Assembly (NCBI RefSeq): GCF_006345805.1
Contig: NC_043013.1
Span: forward strand, 48,670,001 to 48,734,000
Direction: 5' to 3'
From: Octopus sinensis
Taxonomy: Eukaryota
Length of the DNA: 64,000 nt
Under the pieces are notes generated by a model that worked only from the letters and a program-made list of their open reading frames with translations, did no database searches and was not told the origin of the DNA. This document shows positions 12,481 to 23,831 of this stretch, piece by piece. Both the position numbers and the translations under genes were made by a program. Within the stretch, counting starts at the first letter, position 1. The number at the start of each line of letters is the position of its first letter.

Positions 12481-14815
12481 AACATTATTGGTGAATTGAA
12501 GAAATGGAGCTGAACGCAGATTGAACAGAAATCGTTTTATTTCATTCTACACGTGTTTCGAAAGGCACAAATTACCAAAATCCGATTGAATAATGGGACC
12601 ATATTGTGTCTTTCTCTTCAGGAAGAAAAAAGGAAATCCGTTGGAAAAACAAAAACAGAACAGAGGCGGAGCAAAAACAAATCGAACTATGCTCCTAAGA
12701 GCCCATGGCGAAACTGTTTATCAGTGTATGTTGAGAACCGGTGGCTGAAGAATTCAACGGGTCAGGCATCGGTCAATCATGGGGTGAGGGTGTATAGATG
12801 TTCTTTGTGACCGAGAATAAAGTTCTGACTATTTAAGGAATATTGGATCTTTTATAAGGGGCGAGAAAAAATCTACTTAGACGACGTGTGTGTGTGTATA
12901 CTGTTCTATATATGTGTGTGTTGGCGTAGGGGTAGAAAACATTTTTTGTGTACGTGTGTGCGTTTGATCGTTCGGCTGTCAGTGGCTACTGCCGTGATAA
13001 CCGTTGGGTGGCAGAAAGAAAAAAAAATATATATTATGTTTTATGTGTGTGTGTGTTCATCTAAGCCTGCCTTGTCAAGGACCCCCCGCTGTGAAAAAAC
13101 CAAGCCCCGTTTGTCTTACAGGAGTAATTCCCCTTGCAGTGGTTAATCGTAGATATCTTAAGGCTATTTCAGATTTGTTACCAAGGGCTATGGGTGCCGG
13201 TATTATTTATAAACGCTATTTAAAAGCCAGATAAGTGTAACGCCGCCAATGGGGGCATCGAAAAGCCGACTGTAAGAGCCCGTTTACCATCCGGCCTCTG
13301 GCAAACAAATATGGAAGAGTTCGGAGACACAAAGGTTGCACTGTCTTCTGCCCCTATCAAATGGGAGGGCCACCGACAAAATTGACCATTCCAGCCTATA
13401 GATTAAGTTCGTATCCTTCAGTCGCCATATTAGCTACTGAGTCCCGTGGTCTGGCGCTTGTTCACGTCCCGAAAAGTTGCGTAATGGTTGGAGACACGCA
13501 AAGACAATCTTGAGGATGATGCCCCTACATAAGTGAAGACATCTGAGTCCGTGTAAACCTTGCATTGGTAGACGGCGTTTTTGATCTTGGAGTTCGCCGA
13601 CGTGAATCTTAATCTGCTAGGATTAGTTTCTGAAATTAGAACTGCGTTCCTGTCACTATATTCGTTCCGAGACCTGCAGCCGCTTACTACTCTATTTTCC
13701 ACTACGTCACTATTAACTATAGGAAAACCCCTGATTCTCCACTATCTATCAGAGTGCTGTCATTGCTACTGCCCGTGGTGCTGCTATTGCGGGAAATGAT
13801 GCTGGGGATGCTATTGGGGCTCTCTACCCTACTCCCATTGTTACCGTCAACACACAACACCCCTATTTATAACTATACCCCTAGTGGGTACTCCCTGGCT
13901 GGAGCTGAGATTATGTGTCACTGTACTGGCTCTCATATCATTATTACTACTATAATTATTCCTACTGAGCATTAAACCGGGAGCGGAAGAGGCTGTGCCT
14001 CCGGAAAAAGGTGATAGGGTCTTAGTAAGTAGCCTATTATTATGGGAGGCGATTATCTGGGCGAGGTTTTTAGTGTTGGAGAAAGCTATCCTAACTTTAT
14101 GCGAGTTAACCGTGGAGTAATATTGGAATTTCTGGGGAAGTTATGGCGATGGCTTGTCTAAACATGAGGGGGAGGTTAGTTCTAATCTGCTTACCAAAGG
14201 GGATTACAAACCATATATGCTTATTCCTATCAGTGTGATGGGTCGGGACGCCAGCTCTCGCATTCGGGTGGGTGATTCTCGGATGAATAACGGGTCTTGG
14301 GTTAGTGTAAGACCTCCCGGACCGATAATTATCCTTGTTCGCTAAATTAAATGCGGGAGCGACTACCCCGGCATCCGCCGCGCTCCCGTCCTTACTTAAA
14401 ATGTTAATGTTATATATACGGCCCTATCCTGATGACCGAATGATGGCATCGGAAGGGCCGGATCAATATAAATTACCTTCAGCCTATAACCGGCCTTGGA
14501 TAGTGCGGCGTTATAAAATTCCGCTTTCTGCATAAAAATATCGGCACTGGCGGACAAGCCAGACAATCTTAGAGAGATGTTTTTAACCAAATTGTCTGTT
14601 ACGGTTTTGGCATGATTTGAGAAGACACTGACATACTTCAAATTAGTGGAAGGCTTATGGTAAGGGCAGTATGAGTCGCTATTAAGGTTAAGTGTAACGT
14701 CTAGGAAATTAGCCTTGGTGAGTCATTATCAAAAACTATACTCATGCCCATTCTATTAAAAAACCTAGCTAACCTGCTCTTAGTTATCTGCACTATTCTG
14801 TTCGTGGTGTTTTAC
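12481..14815 (-). mobile_element. 5'-truncated Penelope-like element (RT thumb, GIY-YIG endonuclease, 3' region with hammerhead)
   Basis: Minus-strand peptides NFLDVTLNLNSDSYCPYHKP, SNHAK, NISLRLSGLS, KHIWFVIPFG, KVRIAFSNTKNLAQIIASHN, NAVYQCKV..TYVGAS..LRVSNHYATF, WSIL..PF..CNLCVSE and CPHWRRY; frameshifted; stop at 13216-13218. Confidence 0.9.
12535..12635 (-). ncRNA. Type I hammerhead ribozyme motif (minimal stem III, PLE type)
   Basis: Minus strand: UUC-CUGAAGA-(stem II GAAAGACACAA/UUGUGCCUUUC, 10 of 11 bp)-GAAAC-ACGU-GUA|GAAUGAAA; all core nucleotides present. Confidence 0.85.
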
Positions 14816-14854
14816 AGGTAAACAGACCATATATAATATATATATATATATATA

Positions 14855-14930
<76 letters not shown>

Positions 14931-15150
14931 ATATATAGATGTATATATACGGATGTATATGTATACATATATATGTGTAGCTGTATATGTATAAATGTAT
15001 ATGTATAGATGTATTTCTATAGATATAAATATATATGTATACATGCATATGTGTATATGTACATGTAATATGTACACATATATATACACACATGTATACA
15101 TTAATTCATATATACACCCATACACACACATACACACACATATACATAGA

Positions 15151-15457
15151 TGCAGGTGTGGCTGTGTGGTAACAAACTTGGTTCCAAAACACATGGTCCT
15201 GGGTTCAGTCCCACTGTATGGTGACTTGCCATGTGTCTTCTGTCTCAGACCAACCAAAGCCTTGTCAGTGGATTTTGTTGACAGAAACCGAAAGAAATCA
15301 ATCGCATATATATGTATGTATATATGCAAGTCTATGAGTGTGTCGTTATCTCTGTGTTTCTCCCTCATCACTGCTTCACAACTGGTGTTGGTTTTTTTAC
15401 ATCCCCATAACTTACTGGTTTGACAAGTAGAAACTGATAGAATAAGTACCAGGCTTA
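15151..15457 (+). mobile_element. SINE family B, diverged
   Basis: Box A TGGCTGTGTGG and box B GGTTCAGTCCC; body matches the other family B copies. Confidence 0.85.
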
Positions 15458-15555
15458 TCAACATAAAAAAGCACTAGGCAGTGTCTCATATTTTTGTTTA
15501 CCCACTCAGTTGTATCTGTCAATTTATCTTTGTGTGTGTGTGTGTTTGTGTATAC

Positions 15556-15592
<37 letters not shown>

Positions 15593-15699
15593 CTTCTCTG
15601 GTTGACATTAAGACACTCACCCCCAATAGAGGTGTTAACTCCCACATGTTAGAGCTCCATGAGCTCCATTTTTCAGGAGCAAAATCCTTTTAACAGGTT

Positions 15700-15916
15700 C
15701 TATAAGACTGGAATTTTGGAATCTGCACATAAAAATCAGTAGTATGGGATACATGTGTCATGATTTTTTTAGGGTGTGTAAAGAGGGAAAGAACCCTCAT
15801 CTGCAATTTTGACGAAATTCGAATCATGGGTATTCTAGTTCATTGCAGAAAATATAATAGAAAAGTCTAATTCTTTAATTGCATGTAAAACGAGCAACGC
15901 CGGCCATCTCTGCTAG
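15700..15916 (+). mobile_element. Probable Helitron 3' end
   Basis: GCAACGCCGGCC GC-rich remnant followed by CTAG|T at 15913-15917. Confidence 0.45.
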
Positions 15917-18138
15917 TATTCCTATAATTTATTTTATGTTTTAAATCGATATCGTTTTCTTAGTTCTGACATAAATGACAATATTATAAAGAGATAACTT
16001 TTGTTAAAACATTTTACCACAAGAATTTAGAATGTTACTTTGGTAATAATGCCCAAAAGAATGTTAGTATGCACAAATTACATAATATGACTTCTATAAA
16101 TTAGAAATTATACAACTGAAAATTGCTACTTGTTAATAGAACTAAACCATTGAAAAAAAACAACAACAACAAATATACAGAATGAACTAAACATATACTA
16201 AAGAAATAGCTAAAACATTTACAACTATTAAGAACAGGCATCAAAGTGAATTATGAATCTAAATATGACTTAAATCAGAAACCACATAAAAAAATAAAAT
16301 TAATATTGAAATATGATTAAATTGAATTTGAAAAGAACTGAAGTGGAGGAAATAAAAGAATTTAATTGTAACTAATGATGGGAAATGTTGGATCAATAAT
16401 GAATAATCATCCTGGAAATGTTGGAATTATTCTTATTTAATAGCAAAAAAAAAAAAATATAAATAAAAAGAAAAGATTTTAAAAAGCTAGAATTTTATGT
16501 ATTACCATCACAAATACTGGCTCCTTTTTGTTTAGCTTAATCAATGTGTATTATTGTGTAAGTTTAAAAACAACTTTCTATATTGAAAAACTTCATTTAA
16601 CATCTCTTAGAAATTTTCTTTAGATAAAATCAATAATTTTTTCTGTTACTTATCAAGATTTGCTAACAGTAATAGAAAATTACCTTTAAAAGTAGGATCG
16701 ATGTTGCCCGGGAAACCATCATCTAGTTACTAAACAAATACAGACAACATCTTTACAAATCTATCTTCTACAAATATTTGGAGCGAATGAAATTTTCTGA
16801 TCAAAATTCCCTTTGAATGTGAGACTTTCATTGTTTCGAATTCGTTTCCTACTTATAAGAAGTTTACTATTAAACTTCTTGGTTACATGACAAATACTTA
16901 TAAAAATCTGCTTTTAATCTTCAGTGGTAACATAATATACCAGTTTACTTCCGGATCGCTGAGAAGGAGTATTCTTATTGAATGACTCTGCCTACAACAT
17001 AATTTCTTTAGGATAATCGAGTCGATACTATTTAATGAAATGCCCAAATTCTATTTATTGCCAAAGTCGATGACAGCAAAAACCAGTTACGTATTTGGGG
17101 CAGTGGGCTAAGACGTAAATTATAACAAAATATTAAGTTACTTTCCACACACACACACACGCGAGCGCACCTTTGTAAGTTTTCTGTACAATGAGGAAGG
17201 CAAATGTCAAATCGTTCCTGATTTTCTCGCAAAGATTTTCATCTCTCACTTCTACTGCTGTAGTGACCTTTACTTTGAATTTTGTGGATAACATATTTTT
17301 CTCCTTATAGTTATCACGTGCCACCCACAATTCCAACTAATGTGTCTTAAAACTCTCGAAACAGTACTAAACATTTTGCTCTGAGCTTCACCCACGAACT
17401 TTTTTTCTATTCATGTTTCATCTCAAACTGGTAATTTTCTTCAATAGTTCAAATTGTACATTGAGTACACTAGCACCATTCAATCATAACGATTCAATTC
17501 AGAAGAGTCCAAAAGCCTATCGAAACAGCTAGTCTTAGACTAAGTATTCTTACTTGAGTTCTATTACTTTGTGTTTTCATTATTCAAATCAGAGGCTATT
17601 GTAAGTTTTATATAAATTTGAATAGACCTCAGTGACTGAAATGAAAATTCTCTGACTATACCTTAAGAATAAATGTTTTCTTTCAGTTATGATAATATAC
17701 AAGCAAAAAAAAAAAAAAAAAACTCCAAGAAAACCTTAAATAGTTCCTATTATAGTAGCAACTCGATGATATTTCTTCCTAATGGCTGCTCAGCTGACAG
17801 TTGTGTCGGTAAACATTCTGGAGTACGGTGGTGTGTAAGAAATGGTGTTGAAAGTGTTCATCTTGACAGACGCATTCTTTTAAAGTCGTATTTTCCTTTA
17901 ATGATAATAAGAAAACTGTTAACGGAAATCGAATGATGTCCGTTATAATAGCGTCGAATTCCTACTATGGACATTTTCCTTCAGTATCGATGAACGCCGT
18001 AGGATATATATATATATATATATGTATTGGCTTTTACTTTTACCAGGAACAAACACAAGGTTTTTCATAAGCAAAATAAGCAGAATAACTTGTAAATCAC
18101 ATAGCCATTTCATCTGACAGCACAGCCATTATATGCAC

Positions 18139-18199
<61 letters not shown>

Positions 18200-18230
18200 C
18201 ACACACAACACACACACACGTACACACACA

Positions 18231-18275
<45 letters not shown>

Positions 18276-18482
18276 CCCCGTACGTACATACAAACACTCA
18301 CGCACGAATATAAATAATTATACAGTGAGATTTATATTTATATAGGACCACAAATGATTATTCAGAATTTTATGAGTACACGGTATATTCAAAGGAATGT
18401 GTGTGTGTGTGTGTGTACCACATATTATAGTCTGAGTCTCATTTAATTGTAATCTACAGGTATCCAGGTCACTGAGTGCTCA

Positions 18483-18790
18483 TACGAGGTGGTATCAAAA
18501 AGTTCGCAGATTAGTTCTGTAGCGCGACAACAGATGACAGCACACGGTTGGGTGCACAGTGAAAGCTAGCAGTGACCTTCATGAGGTAACATGTGTAGTG
18601 ACATCGCTGAATTCATTTCGCAAGTTGTGAAATATGTTCTTGTGATCACGTGTATGCTGTAGACAGCGATTTTGTCTTGGACAGAAACAAAGAGCCACCG
18701 TGAAACTTTGCGTTAAACTTGGGAAGTCTGCTGCAGAGACATTGAGCATGTTTTGGCAAACTTACAGTGATGAGACAATGGAGAAGCAAT
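18483..18790 (+). mobile_element. mariner transposon 5' fragment
   Basis: TACGAGGTGGTATCAAAAAGTTC TIR-like start; peptide QRATVKLCVKLGKSAAETLSMFWQTYSDETM is a mariner N-terminal HTH region. Confidence 0.75.
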
Positions 18791-19007
18791 ACTTGGGCAT
18801 TTCTACCAGGAATATTCTTATCCCATCGAGGAACTTATACATGGGAACTCTCCTGCATAAGACCAGCGAATCTATATCTAAGCGTATATTCAATGTGTTA
18901 TATATGCAACATTGATTCTTATATATTTATATATTTTTATATGATGTTTATATAGTTATATATTACTATATTTTTAAACGTCGGACTTTATATCTGTGCT
19001 GTAGATT

Positions 19008-19220
19008 CTCTCTTTTCTCTTTTACTTGTTTCAGTCATTTCACTGCGGCCATGCTGGAGCACCGCCTTTAGTCGAGCAAATCGACCCCGGGACTTATTCT
19101 TTGTAAGCCCAGTACTTATTCTATCGGTCTGTTTTGCCGAACCGCTAAGTGACGGGGACGTAAACACACCAGCATCGGCTGTCAAGCAATGCTAGGGGGA
19201 CAAACACAGACACACAAACC
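19008..19220 (-). mobile_element. SINE family B, 3' half
   Basis: Reverse complement of the 3' half of 36304-36716. Confidence 0.9.
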
Positions 19221-19286
<66 letters not shown>

Positions 19287-19514
19287 ATACATACATACAT
19301 ACACACACACATATATATGTATGTATGGATATACACATATAGACATACGCCCGCATACACGTATACACATATTCACACAAATATATACATACATATACCT
19401 ACAAAAACGCAAATGCACACAGATGAATATGTAGACATATATATCTATATATATGTATGTATATACACACACGCACGCACACACACACACACACACACAT
19501 ACATATACATACAC

Positions 19515-19547
<33 letters not shown>

Positions 19548-19549
19548 TA

Positions 19550-19667
19550 TTATAGAAGGAGCTTCTACAGGACTAGAACTGTTTCATTCAAATGAAATCA
19601 TCAGGAAGCTTCCTGATGATTTCATTTGAATGAAACAGTTCTAGTCCTGTAGAAGCTCCTTCTATAA
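19550..19667. repeat. Perfect palindrome (59-bp arms, no spacer) carrying a hammerhead-like core on each strand
   Basis: Centre AAGCTT at 19606-19611; right arm reads CTGATGA-TTTCATTTGAAT-GAAAC-AGTTCTA-GTC. Confidence 0.9.
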
Positions 19668-19847
19668 AATAAATTTATTTACTCTGCTATGTATTGAGTA
19701 CCTTATTTACTGTGGTTAACCCCGACTCAACCCGGGACCCTACATATATATATATATATATATGCTAAGATAATATAATATATATATATATTATATACAC
19801 ATACACATATACACGTACACATACATGCATACGAACACATACATGCA

Positions 19848-20062
19848 GGCGGCAACCTGGCAGAATCGTTAGCGCACCGAGCAAAATGCTTAGCGGTATT
19901 TCGTGTCGTTACGTTCTGAGTTCAAATTCCGCCGAGGTCGACTTTGCCTTTCATCCTTTCGGGGTCGATTAAATAGTACCAGTTACGCACTGGGGTCGAT
20001 GTAATCGACTTAATCCGTTTGCCTGTCCTTGTTTGTCCCCTCTGTGTTTAGCCCCTTGTGGG

Positions 20063-20063
<1 letters not shown>
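19848..20063 (+). mobile_element. SINE family C
   Basis: TGGCAGAATCG head, GAGTTCAAATTCC box B and CTTTCATCCTTTCGGGGTCGAT central domain. Confidence 0.85.
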
Positions 20064-20159
<96 letters not shown>

Positions 20160-20604
20160 TAAAGTTCCTTCTTTTTAGTGTTTCCAAATCCAAATTAAGA
20201 AATTTTGAGCCGACGAAGAAATGCTGATTTTATTTGGCTAATCTTGAAACGTTGACGTACTCAAACGATCTATGTACTTGTGATATTTTTCTGTATTTAC
20301 CCCCAAACCTTCGTGAGCTGTCTGGAGTAAACATTATCTGAGAGAAATTTTCTTTAAGTAGTAGAAATGCTAAGAAAATTTTTTTTGGCTGCTATTTCTA
20401 CTAAGTTCAGTATGTGGCAAAGTAATTTATTTTACTAAGCCCTAATTATATAATGTAATATTTTGAATTCGCCTTAAATGGTCCTTTTACATACTGAACA
20501 CTTGGTGAAATTGATTAATTAATTAATTTTACCCTCAATTGTTGGTATATATATATATATATAATACATATAGAAGAATAGATATGAGTATGCACATATA
20601 TATC

Positions 20605-21075
20605 ACTGTATCAACTACACCATCGGATGTTGTACATTGCTAGTCACAATGCGTTTCCAAATGATTGTGCTCTTCTTTTCCATCTTGGCCCGAATCGTTT
20701 AACTAAGTTGTCTTCTAAAATGCACGCGCTCACCTATTGTTTGTGATCCTTGTGACATGTCTGGCCCATTGGAACTAGTGCCTTCGATGTTCTACGATCA
20801 CCCTGTTCACTCCACTCCGGTTTCGAATAACTTCATTTCGGATATTCTCCTGCAATGATACTTATAGTAGGGATCTTTACATGGAACTATGTGTTATAAC
20901 CAATCGATGTTCTCTCACCCACCTCTTCGTAATAGTCACATCCACTTGCGTATGAAAGCGAATGTAAGCGCATGTATCCAGCTTCGCTTTGAGAACGTTC
21001 TTTATTGAAAGAAACGCCTTCCACATTCTACTTATTCTACTCGTGACTTCTGCATCCAGATCTTGGGACATATTA
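20605..21075 (-). mobile_element. RTE-clade LINE 3' fragment
   Basis: QDLDAEVTSRISRMWKAFLSIKNVL, DIRNEVIRNRSGV and FQWARHVTR; 3' tail shared with SINE tail type II. Confidence 0.75.
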
Positions 21076-21115
21076 ACGTAATCATTTATGTATGACTATG
21101 TATGTGCATGCATAT

Positions 21116-21148
<33 letters not shown>

Positions 21149-21157
21149 TATATATAT

Positions 21158-21454
21158 TCACGTGACCGACCAGACCATCAGATGTTGTTACACATCGCTG
21201 GTCACAATGCGTCCGCATTGTTTTAGCCTTCGAATGACGCCACCCCGCTGGCTAAGCGAGCAGGCCAACAGATGAAAGAGTGGGAGAAAGAGTGGTGAAA
21301 GAGTACAGCAGGGATAACCACCCCCTGCCGGACCCTCGTGGAGCTTTTAGGTGTTTTCGCTCAATAAACACACACAACGTCCGGTCTGGGAATCGAAACC
21401 GTGATCCTGCGACCGCGATTCCGCTGCCCTAACCACTAGGCCATTGCGCCTCCA
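21158..21454 (-). mobile_element. SINE family A, tail type II, full length
   Basis: Family A head plus a tail ending CTGATGGTCTGGTCGGTCACGTGA. Confidence 0.9.
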
Positions 21455-21474
21455 CACACACACACACACACACA

Positions 21475-21509
<35 letters not shown>

Positions 21510-21614
21510 CATACATATATATATATATATATATAAATCATTAGTTAAATATATTGAATAAGAATATTAAATACTGAATTTATATTAAGGGCTCCATTGT
21601 ATAAAAAAATATTT

Positions 21615-21921
21615 TTAATAATATATTGTTATTATTAATATTAGGAAATCAATATAGAATTCTACACAAAGACATACCCATATGAAAGACCTTATGTATT
21701 AAAAATATATAAGGGACAAGCCTTTTGCGAAACGATCGAAAGATGCTTAAAAACTTAATTCAAAACTTTTAAACTTTCAAATTTATTTTATACATTATAT
21801 TTATATTTTTATATTTATTTATTTATATATATTTTTAATATATAAGTCTTTGATCTGGGTATGTCTTTGTGTAGAATTCGATATTGATTTCCTAATATTA
21901 ATAATAACAATATATTATTAA
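21615..21921. repeat. Foldback element with ~97-bp inverted arms
   Basis: 21615-21711 pairs with 21825-21921 with a few mismatches; ~113-bp spacer. Confidence 0.85.
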
Positions 21922-21926
21922 TAAAT

Positions 21927-21999
<73 letters not shown>

Positions 22000-22002
22000 C
22001 CT

Positions 22003-22215
22003 CTTTTCTTCTTTCAGTCATTAGACTGTGGCCATGCTAGAGCACTGCCTTGAAGACCCTTTCAAGAAGTAATCGACCACAGTACTTATTTTTAAAGCCT
22101 ATTACTTATTATATCAGGCTCTTATGCCGAACCACTAAGCTACAGAGGCGGAAACGCACCACCACCGATTGTCAGGCAGTGGTGGTGGTGTTGGTACAAA
22201 TACAGAGACACACAC
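22003..22215 (-). mobile_element. Diverged SINE family B-like 3' fragment
   Basis: CAGTCATT.GACTGTGGCCATGCT.GAGCAC and GCCGAACC.CTAAG blocks. Confidence 0.6.
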
Positions 22216-22254
22216 ATAAGGCGAAGATTAGTCAGCACTCCAAATAATCTTCTT

Positions 22255-22850
22255 GACATCAACCATAACTCATATGACAAACCTAAAGAAAACGTTTATC
22301 ACTCGAATTATACCGCCAACCAACAGAGCAATAATTACAATATCCATGACAACCATCCAAAAAAATAGCACCAGCTAAACTGAGAACACCTACAAATAGT
22401 GATAATAAAACGATAATATTAATAACCAACTTACCGAATAGAACCAATCCCTCCAGCGCTCGATGTACACAAGCCAACAAAATCAAACAGTTATGCTCAT
22501 GCAGAGATAGATCCAATTGTCCTTTGGATAGCCAATGTATGACTAAGAACGTGGTATACAAGTGCACAATAAACACTAGAGGAGGCTTCTACTTATATAT
22601 CATGGCATCGGCCGATTTTTTCAAAAATCGATACCACAAACACATCATCAGCTTTCGAAATATCCTTAAACGACATGTAACATCGCTGGTCAATTTTACC
22701 TGGAGGTTTAAGGAAGCGAAGACAAAATACGACCTAACATGGTCCATACTTAGACACGCGAATCCCTATAACACTATATCCTGAAAATGCCGGTTATGCT
22801 CCGAGGGGCGTATCATAAAAAATTCATTGAAGAATAACCCAGATGCCTAC
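22255..22850 (+). mobile_element. Penelope-like element GIY-YIG endonuclease remnant
   Basis: CSCRDRSNCPLDSQCMTKNVVYKC..YIMAS..FKNRYHKH..SFR..WSILRHANPY..*KCRLC; the same domain layout as the 13-kb element. Confidence 0.85.
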
Positions 22851-23077
22851 ACACAACTAAACATATATTCACATATTACAATCCCAACCATACATAACTT
22901 AATGTATACATGGCGCCCACAAGTCTAAACAGGCCTGAACTTGAGGAACTATATTCGAATAACTTGTATTTGACACATGATCTCGCAATCTAGATCCATG
23001 TATGTATATGTAAACATGTATATATATATGCATGTATATATGTGTGTGCATGTATGTGTGTATGCATGTATGTGTAC

Positions 23078-23122
<45 letters not shown>

Positions 23123-23303
23123 CGTGTGTGTATACATACATATATATAGATATATATGTCTACATATTCATCTGTGTGCATTTGCGTTTTTGTCGGTATT
23201 TGTATGTATATTAGTGTGAATATGTGTATACGTGTATGCGGGCGTATGTCTATATGTGTATATCCATACATACATATATATGTGTGTTGTGTATGTATGT
23301 ATG

Positions 23304-23355
<52 letters not shown>

Positions 23356-23356
<1 letters not shown>

Positions 23357-23520
23357 GGAGGCGCAATGGCCTAGTGGTTAGGGCAGCGGACTCGCGGTCG
23401 CAGGATCGCGGTTTCGATTCTCAGACCGGGCGTTGTGTGTGTTTATTGAGCGAAAACACCTAAAAGTTCTACGAGGCTCCGGCAGGGGGTGGTGATCCCT
23501 GCTGTACTCTTTCACCACAA
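23356..23520 (+). mobile_element. SINE family A head and core, tail missing
   Basis: Matches 141-310, then switches to a family B-like tail fragment at 23521-23560. Confidence 0.85.
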
Positions 23521-23750
23521 TGGCGGTGCCCCAGCATGGCCACAGCTCAAGACTGAAATGGAAAACAAAAACAAAACAAACAAAATATATATATGTGTGT
23601 GTGTGTGTGTTTGTGTCTAGCTTTGCACAAAAGTGTGTATCTTGCTTTACGTACGAATCTAAGCACATAATCATCTATGCTATGTACCTATATTTATGTA
23701 TATATAAACGTGTGTACCTACACATACCAGTTCCTATATATATACATATG

Positions 23751-23794
<44 letters not shown>

Positions 23795-23800
23795 CAAAAA

Positions 23801-23831
<31 letters not shown>

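Noticed and set aside
14429-14460. CTGATGA-CCGA..TCGG hammerhead-like motif on the plus strand
   Set aside because: Followed by AAG rather than GAAA, no stem III or cleavage triplet, and it is antisense inside the PLE ORF.
17498-17545. CAGAAGA..GAAACAGCTAGTC hammerhead-like string
   Set aside because: Core U4 is mutated; stems I and II do not pair.
22494-22800. Selenoprotein-type PLE (in-frame TGA read as Sec)
   Set aside because: All conserved cysteines are TGC/TGT; the single TGA (22782-22784) falls at a K/R-type position two codons before CRLC; no SECIS recognised.
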